Assembly: GCA_951406725.2 (NCBI GenBank)
Contig: OX597815.1
Location: 5,518,001 to 5,582,000, forward strand
Length of the DNA stretch: 64,000 nt
Direction of reading: 5' to 3'
Source: Octopus vulgaris
Taxonomy: Eukaryota
Shown: in pieces, positions 55,550-64,000 of the stretch
Position numbering within the stretch: the stretch's first letter is position 1
Layout of the letters: every line of letters starts with the position of its first letter
The notes under the pieces: generated by a model
Seen by the model: only the letters and a program-made list of their open reading frames with translations
What the model was told of the DNA's origin: nothing
Databases searched by the model: none
Made by a program: the position numbers and the translations under genes

Positions 55550-55751
55550 ACAGACAGAAAGAAAGAAAGAAAGACAGACAGACAGACAGACAGGTAGGTA
55601 GGTAGGTAGATAAAGAGATACATAGAGAGAGAGACAGGCAGACAGACAGAGAAAGAGAGACAGATAGAAAGATAGACAGTTAGACAGAAACACAGACAGA
55701 TAGATATAGATAGAAAGAGATAGATAGATAGATAAATAGATAGATAGATAA

Positions 55752-55792
<41 letters not shown>

Positions 55793-55838
55793 TACACAGA
55801 CGGACGGACAGACAGACAAACAGACAGAGATAGAAAGG

Positions 55839-55890
<52 letters not shown>

Positions 55891-55949
55891 TAGAGAGAGA
55901 CAGAGAGAGAGACAAATAGAAAGATAGACAGACACACGGACGGGCAGAC

Positions 55950-56023
<74 letters not shown>

Positions 56024-56102
56024 AGACAGAGAGAGAGAGACAGACAGACAGACAGGTACACAGACGGACTGACAGACAGACAAACAGACAGAGATAGAAA
56101 GG

Positions 56103-56134
<32 letters not shown>

Positions 56135-56221
56135 TATAGATAGATAGATAGATAGATAGATATAGAGAGAGACAGAGAGAGAGACAAATAGAAAGATAGA
56201 CAGACACACGGACGGGCGGAC

Positions 56222-56275
<54 letters not shown>

Positions 56276-56360
56276 GTAGGTAGACAGACAGGTAGGTAGG
56301 CAGGTAGAAAGATAGACAGACAGAGAGATGAGGTAGAGTGACAGACAGAGAGGGTGAGAC
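55550..56360. repeat. compound (GATA/GACA/GA)n microsatellite with higher-order duplication
   Basis: blocks such as caggtacacagacggac and gacaaatagaaagatagacagacacacggacgggc each recur. Confidence 0.85.
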
Positions 56361-57507
56361 AAATTTATTTGTGACTCACATACAAAGTTCTATAATTCTG
56401 TAAGCAAACCACAGACTTCCATGGTCAAATCATCTTCCTGGAAGCATACTTAGCACGTGAAGCCATGTTCTTGCAATTAAACACACAATAATGTCCATGT
56501 GTGTGTGTGCATGTATGTGTGCATGCGTGTGTGTGAGTGTATGTGTGTGTGTGTGTGTGACAGTGAATCAGTAAGGTTGCTGACCTGTGTCTGAGAAGTC
56601 ACCTTTGGTTAAAAGTACATTTGTCTGTAAATCCTATTAACTTCGCATTCCTAACTAAATACCTCATCTCTTATTTCTCCGTTTTCTCTGTCACATGTTC
56701 AGCTCAGTATTTTCTTTTCTTTTTCTTTTTCATATTGGACAATAAGCTGGCAGAATCGGTAGCATGCCAGGCGAAATGTTTAGCGACATTTCAGCTGTCT
56801 TTACGTTCTGAGTTCAAATTCCACCAAGGTAGGCTTTACCTGTCATCCTTTCAAGGTCGATAAAATATGTACCAGTTGTGTACTGGTGTCGATGTAATCG
56901 ACTATCCCCACCACAAATTTCAGGCCTTGTGCTCATGGTAGAAAGGGTTATTATTATCATTGTTATTGTTATTATTATCATCATCATCATCATCATCAAA
57001 GGCAGTGAGGTGGCAGAATCGTTAGCACACTGGATGAAATGCTTAGCAGTGTTTCAGTCATTGCTACATTCTGAGTTCAAATTCTGCAGAGGTCAGCATT
57101 GCCTTTCATCCTTTTGGGGTTGATAAATCAAGTACCAGTTGCGTAATGGGGTCGATGTAATCGAATAGTCCCCTCCTCCAAAATTTCAGACCTTGTGCCT
57201 ATAGTAGAATGGATTATTATTATTATCATCATTATCATTATTATTATTATGATTATCATTATTAAGGTGGTGAGTTCGCAGAACTGTTAGCATGCTTGAC
57301 AAAATGCGTAGCGGTATTTCACCTGTTGCTACGTTCTGAGTTCAAATTCCACCAGGGTCAGTTTTGCCTTTCATCCTTCTGGGGTTGATAAAATAAGTAC
57401 CAGTTGAACACTGGGGTTGATCTAATTGACAACCCCCTCCTCCAAAACTACTAGCCTTTTTGGCAAAATTTGAAACGTTATTGTTGTTATTATTATTATT
57501 ATTATTA

Positions 57508-58030
57508 CCACCTTTGCACAGCTTCTAACGCTGGAGATGTACTACGGTGTCAGCTGTTCACTACCAGTGAACTAAGGTAACACCTCTTATTTTTCGTGTA
57601 CCTTCCGGAGTATTCAAGCGGTTCCAAGCAGTGCTGTTTTCTGCAAGTGCTCCACCCTTATTGAAACCCCTATTTGTTCCATGTACTTCTCAAGATTTTT
57701 ACTCACTTCCCAGGGATCTGACAATTATTGGTACTACTACCACCTTTTTCATCGATCACAACTGCTTAACTTCCCAAGCTAACCTGTCATATCTCTAAAC
57801 TTTTCTTTCTTCCTTATCGCATACCTTGTTGACAGCTGGGCATGCTATATCTATAATCCAGCATAGTTTGTTTTCTTTCTCATTTAAGACTATGTCCGGC
57901 TTCCTATTCTCTATCTCATGGTTGCACTGAATCATAAAATCCCATAGGATCTTTGCATTATCATTTTCGATGATGCCTTCGGGTTTATGGTCATACCAAT
58001 ATTTTGCTCTGTCAAGTCCATACATGTTGC
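57508..58030 (-). mobile_element. REL-type LINE 3' fragment within (AAT)n
   Basis: WYDHKPEGIIENDNAKILWDF.IQ..HEIENRKPDIVL..K....C.IIDIACP. Confidence 0.8.
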
Positions 58031-58070
58031 AAATTATAATTACTATTATTGATACTATTATTACTACTAC

Positions 58071-58103
<33 letters not shown>

Positions 58104-58484
58104 TGTTATAAGGTTTCTACAGCTGGATGCCCTTCCTAACGCCAATCACTCAGAGTGTAGCGGGTGCTTTTTACATGCCAGCAGCACAGGGGGCAATCAG
58201 TGGTTACTGGCATTAGCCATGTTCAGTTGGTGCTTTTCATGTGCCACTGGTACAGGAGCCAGTCAGGTGGGCCTAGTATTGATCATGTTTGGATAGTGCC
58301 TCTAATGTGCCACCGGCACAGGAGCCAGTCACACATAAAATTGAAATTTTTTAGGGGAAGGTCAAGCTGAAGTAAAATACAAACCAGGTATATATCATCA
58401 TCATTTAATGTCCGTTTTCCATGCTGACATGGATATACACATATATATACATATATATTTATACATGTACATATATACATACAT

Positions 58485-58573
<89 letters not shown>

Positions 58574-58751
58574 CACACACATACACACATATAGAGATAA
58601 AGAGAGAATATGAGGGATTTAGTTCACTTTTGATTTAAACGAACAGGTACGCTGAGTAAGTGCTATAGTTGGTCAACCCTTAGGTTCCAAGATCAGAGCT
58701 AAGGCTGGATCTAGGGATCTCTGTTAGGGTTCCGTTATAGCCAGTATATAC

Positions 58752-58923
58752 TATATTAGAGGGAAAATCAAAACCAAGGCAGAACGAGTATCTCAAGTCA
58801 TTTAGAGTAATTTAATTAGAATAATTTAATTAGGGTAAGGTGAATTCACGTTACCCTAATCAAATTATTCTGAATAACCTGAAATACTCGTTCTGACCTG
58901 GTTTTTGGTTTTTTCTCTAATAT
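58752..58923. repeat. imperfect palindrome
   Basis: atattagag..aaaaccaaggcagaacgagtat / atactcgttctgacctggtttt..ctctaatat, centre gtgaattcac. Confidence 0.75.
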
Positions 58924-59342
58924 ATTTCTTTACTACCCACCAGGGGCTAAACACAGAGGGGACAAACAAGGACAGACAAAGGGATTAAGTCGATTACATC
59001 GACCCCAGTGCGTAACTGGTACTTATTTAATCGACCCCGAAAGGATGAGAGGCAAAGTCGACCTCGACGGAATTTGAACTCAGAACGTAACGGCAGACGA
59101 AATACCTATTTCTTTACTACCCACAAGGGGCTAAACACAGAGGGGACAAACAAGGACAGACAAAGGGATTAAGCCGATTACATTGACCCCACTGCGTAAC
59201 TGGTACTTATTTAATCGACTCCGAAAGGATGATAAGACAAAGTCGACCTCGGCGGAATTTGAACTCAGAACGTAACGGCAGACGAAATACGGCTACGCAT
59301 TTCGCCCGGCGTGGTAACGACTCTGCCAACTCCTCTAATATA

Positions 59343-59373
<31 letters not shown>

Positions 59374-59415
59374 GAGCAATGATGGAGACAGGTAAAAATG
59401 AAGCCGGATACTTAC

Positions 59416-59571
59416 CTGGTAGTAGTCAAGGTAACTAAAACTCAGCGGCAACAATATAATCAGGAGCAGAATTCCGATGACTATTAAAGCAGTAAAGCCG
59501 ATGAAAAGAACACCTTTGCCTTCGCGTTCATCCTTGTCATAATCAGCAGTAGCAATTTCTAAATCAGGCAT
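59416..59571 (-). CDS. SPFH/band-7-like membrane protein, coding exon 1 (MPDLEIAT...LSFSYLDYYQ, includes TM anchor)
   Basis: ATG at 59571; 52 codons with a hydrophobic segment VLFIGFTALIVIGILLLIILLPL; ends CAG|GTAAGT (phase 0). A pyrimidine-rich acceptor ctctcttttgcag at ~59598 implies a further upstream exon. Confidence 0.85.
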
Positions 59572-59871
59572 GCTGGCCTTTGGTGCTACACCTGTTGCTG
59601 CAAAAGAGAGAACGATGTTGTCAGTCAAGGGTTTAACAAACATCATCATTATCATTGTTTTAACATGTCCACTTTTCTAAGGCGGTGAGCTGGCACAAAG
59701 GTTAGCACGCTGGGCGAAATGCTTAGCGGTATTCCGTCTGCCACTACGTTCTGAGTTCAAATTCCGCCGAGCTCGACTTTGCCTTTCATCCTTTCGGAGT
59801 CAATAAATTAAGTACCAGTTACGCACCGAGGTCGATATAATCGACTTAATCTGCTTGTCTGTCCTTGTTTG

Positions 59872-60300
59872 CCATGTAGCATTGCTGTTCATACACATGC
59901 ATCATACAGTCTGCCTTTTACTCTGAGCGAGAGGCCTTTTGTCACCAGCAGAGGTAAGAGCTCTCTGAACTTTGCCCAAGCTATTCTTATTCTAGCAGCT
60001 ACACTTTCAGAGCATCCACCCACTCCCCACTACTGACTTGGTCACCTAGGTAACGGAAGCTATCAACTACTTCTAGTTTTTCTCCCTGGAATGTGGCAGA
60101 AGTTGGTCTCAGAGCATGTTCAGTGTTTATTGCTCCTGAGCATCTGCCACATACAAAAACTATCTTCCCAGTTAGCCTTCCTTTGATATTGCTGCACCTC
60201 TTATGTGTCCATAGCTTACACTTGATGCATCTTATAGAGGAGGAATTACAACCGTGTTTTGTGGTCTGCTACCACAACAGCTCCTTTATAGGATCCAGTT
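59872..60300 (-). mobile_element. RTE LINE RT C-terminal fragment
   Basis: GEKLEVVDSFRYLG...ARIRIAWAKFRELLPLL...LSLRVKGRLYDACV. Confidence 0.75.
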
Positions 60301-61039
60301 AGCTCAAGACATCATCAGGAGGAACCACGTCCGGTTTCGGCCCCTACTCCTCTACCGTTTTGACGTGGCAGGGTCCCCCCTTTCGGAGGTGTCTTCAGCT
60401 CTGGTGTTGGGTGCGTGTCCATAGCTTACACTTGGTGCATCTTACAGAGTTTCTACCTGATATAAAAATGACTTCAAACTGTAGCACAAGGCCAGCAATT
60501 TCGAGGGAGAGAATAAGTGGGTTACATTGATCCCCAGCACTCAACTGGTACTCATTTTATTGAGCCTGAGTAGATGAAAGGCAAAGTCAACCTCAGTGGG
60601 ATTTGAACTCAGAATATGAATATAGACGAAATGCCACCAAACATTTTGCCCAGTGGTCAACTTGCTTACAATTCTGTCAGCTCATCATGTTGAACCCAGG
60701 TAAAATAATCCTTTCTACTTGAGGCACAAGGCCTCAAATTTAGAGGGAGGGGACACTAGTTGATTACATAGCAGTGTTTCAACAAGATGGTTGTGGATAA
60801 GTGTACCTGTTTCTTTACTACCAACAAGGGGCTAAACACAGAGAGAACAAACAAGGACAGACAAACGGATTAAGTCGATTATATCGACCCCAGTGCATAA
60901 CTGGTGCTTATTTAATCGACCCCGAAAGGATGAAAGGCAAAGTCGACCTCGGCGGAATTTGAACTCAGAACGTAACGGCAGACGAAATACAGCTAAGCAT
61001 ATCGCCCGGCGTGCTAACAGTTCTGCCAGCTCGCCCCAT

Positions 61040-61680
61040 GAATTTTGGGAGGACAAAAACCCAGTGTCCACTTACTCTCTCCACAACACTAATATCAAAA
61101 AGCCTTCTTGTGAACATAACCTGAGCATTACTGTCAGCAGCGGCTTGCGTTGGACAAAGCACATTTCTAAAATTGTCAAGAAGGCCGAGAGTGTCTTGGC
61201 ATCACTCAGCAAGCCCTCTCCAGCTAGCTATCTAAGGCTGTATATGGCTATAGGGGGCCACACTTGGAATTTGCATCACCAGTCTGGAACTCCTATCCTA
61301 CTCAGGACATTGACCTCCTGGAAACTGTTCAGAGAGGTGCAACCAAGCAAATACCCTCCGTCAGGCATTTACCATACTCTGAACTTCTTGCTTTCCTGGA
61401 CATAAATACCTTGAAGCTCCGACATCTGGCAACTGACTTGGTAAACACCCACAAAATTATTAACCATCATGCCAACAACCACCTTGAGCACCTTTTTAAG
61501 CTCCAGGTGTCTAACACACGAGGGCATGCCCTACAAAATCAGAAAACAGCACAGCTCCCATGACTTTCAGAAACATTTTTTCACGCTAAGAGTTGCTGAA
61601 ACATGGAACAGACTACCTGCATCAGTTGTTGAGACATTGCATCCTTTAAAACCTCCATGCTTCCTGAAATTTGCCAACAC
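61040..61680 (+). mobile_element. CR1-like LINE 3' fragment
   Basis: L.WTKHI..IVKKA; EFASPVW..Y...DIDLLE.VQR.ATK; TRGH; FFT.RV..TWN.LP. Confidence 0.85.
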
Positions 61681-61696
61681 TACACATACACACATG

Positions 61697-62240
61697 AACG
61701 GGGGTGAGTCAAAAAGTAATGCCATTTTGTTTAGGACAGGTATAATTACCAACACAAGAACATGTATCATACATCAAAATGATGCTGGTCCTCTGTGGAT
61801 CACATCCCTACTTTTCAACATAGTCACCGTTTCTCTCAATAGCAATGTTCCACCTTTGAATGGGAGCATGTATCCTTGCCCCGTAAAATTCTGTTGGCTG
61901 TTCTTTGAGCCACTTCTTTACTAGAAAGTCAAAAGGACAACACCTTCTTCCAAAGGCTCGTAACAGGTGATGAAACATGGGTTCATCATTATGAACCGGA
62001 ATCAAAGAGGCAGTCAATGGAATGGTGCCACTCTACGTCACCACCACCGAAAAAGTTTAAGACGCAAAAGTCAGCTGCAAAAATCATGGCGACTGTCTTT
62101 TGGGATGCTCAAGGGGTCATTCTTGCCAAAAGGAAAAACAATAAACTCGTAATAAGCTTCGTTTTGATGTATGATACATGTTCCTGTGTTGGTAATTATA
62201 CCTATCCTAAACAAAATGACAATATTTTTTGACTCACCAT
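61697..62240. mobile_element. internally deleted and rearranged mariner element with ~80-bp inverted ends
   Basis: plus strand VTGDETWVHHYEPESKRQSMEW...KSAAKIMATVFWD; minus strand C-terminal RW..AIE.NGDYVEK*; ends gtgagtcaaaaagtaatgcc / atattttttgactcacc. Confidence 0.85.
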
Positions 62241-63212
62241 CATATATCATGACTCATACAATGTTCACTTTCCTGACTTTTGTACATAATTCTATGTACT
62301 GTATGTGCACCTTTGATGAGTTGTAGGGCACCTGAGCACTATACGCAATAATTTCATTGTATATTAATTTATTGACCCTGAAAGGATGAAAGGCAAAGTT
62401 GACCTCGGCAGAATTTGAACTCAGAACGTAGCAGTAGGCGAAATACCTGTTTCTTTACTACCCACAAGGGGCTAAACACAGAGGGGACAAACAAGGACAG
62501 ACAAACGGATTAAGTCGATTACATCGACCCCAGAACGTAACTGGTACTTATTTAACTGACCCCCAAAAGATGAAAGGCAAAGTCGACCTCGGTGGAATTT
62601 GAACTCAGAATGTAACGGCAGAGGAAATACCGCTAAGCATTTTGCCCGGTGTGCTAACGTTTCTGCCAGCTCACCGCCTTCGTAGCAGACAAAATACCAT
62701 TAAGCATTTCGCCATACAAAGGGTCAATAAATACCTATACACAGGTAAAATAATAATAATTATTATCATTACATTTGTACATCAATCAAATCTAATAAAA
62801 TTTATAATGGAAAAGTAATTCTACAAATCAGTCCAAAAATGTTTCTACACTTGTTGGGTTTGACAATGAAATTTTTCAGGAGGACGTTCAAGGCCTTTTG
62901 ATTACCCCACAAAAGTTTTAGGGGGTGAGCTTGCACCGACACCATACCCACTGCATCCTTTATTCCCAAGCTTGTGGTTACAACTGTTGTTTAATCCTGG
63001 GTCACCCTTGATTGAAGAGATTCATGATCAAAGGTATTCCTAGTTTGAGGCGTAGGAGGGGCTGAGTGGTAAGTAGCTTGCTTACCAACCACATGGTTCC
63101 GGGTTCAGTCCTACTGCATGGCACTTTGGACAAGTGTCTTCTACTATAGCCTCGGGCTGACCAAAGCCTTGTGAGTGGATTTGGTAGACGGAAACTGAAA
63201 GAAGCCTATTGT

Positions 63213-63253
<41 letters not shown>

Positions 63254-63359
63254 TATGTATGTATGTATAAATATATATATATATATATATGTTTGTATAT
63301 ATATGTCTGTTTGTTTTGTACACCACCTGTCTTCGTCTTTTGTTTTTTTCGTAAACTCT

Positions 63360-63444
<85 letters not shown>

Positions 63445-63744
63445 TATATTTTTGTGTGTCTGTGTTTGTCCCCGCAACATCCCTTGACAACCGATGCTGG
63501 TGTGTTTACGTCCCCATAACTTAGCGGTTCGGCAAAAGGAACCGATAGAATAAGTACTAGGTTTACAAAGAGTAAGTCCTGGGGTCGATTTGCTCAACTA
63601 AAGGCAGTGCTCCAGCATGGCGGCAGTCAACTGACTGAAACAAGTAAAAGAGTAGAGTATTCCAATTATTGTACATTGAATATTACACTGAGACTGGCAA
63701 ATGCCTTTTTCCTTATTACAAGATGGTCAGGCGTTCATTTTTTC

Positions 63745-63959
63745 TATTAGATTGGTGCATAATTATCATGGCTTTCAATAAATTTTATTCAACAATAACA
63801 ACATGTAATAAATACGTCTTTAAATTATTATTCCGGAGCATATTCACCATCTACCTCAATTACTGCTTGGAATTTTGTTTAAATTGGCATTTTGTTGAAA
63901 GTTTTTGTTGAATAAAATTTACTGAAAAAAAGCTGCGATAATTATGCACCAACCTAATA
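63745..63959. mobile_element. mariner-derived MITE
   Basis: TA-ttagattggtgcataattatc ... gataattatgcaccaacctaa-TA. Confidence 0.8.
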
Positions 63960-64000
63960 AGATCTGACTGCTATTTCTAAAAGGTCAACCAATCACATAA

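Overview
This is AT-rich, repeat-dense animal genomic DNA. The SINE families, microsatellite load and LINE remnants strongly suggest an octopod cephalopod (Octopus sp.; inference). Most ORFs in the supplied track are microsatellite artefacts. One real multi-exon gene can be assembled on the minus strand (six coding exons, 59571 to 38878). It encodes a ~355-375 aa N-terminally anchored SPFH/band-7-like protein whose exon 5 is fused to a SINE and does not phase-match exon 4. The rest is tRNA-derived SINEs (often as head+body multimers), decayed RTE, CR1-like, Tx1/L1-like and R4/Dong-like LINEs, Tc1/mariner and piggyBac-type MITEs, two non-autonomous Helitrons and many long palindromes. The main hidden signal is about a dozen type I hammerhead-ribozyme motifs with palindromic helix III, typical of Penelope-like elements and retrozymes. 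They include a long-stem-II family showing covariation, a sense-strand tandem pair in intron 3 of the gene, and a 352-bp retrozyme-like unit just downstream of the gene.
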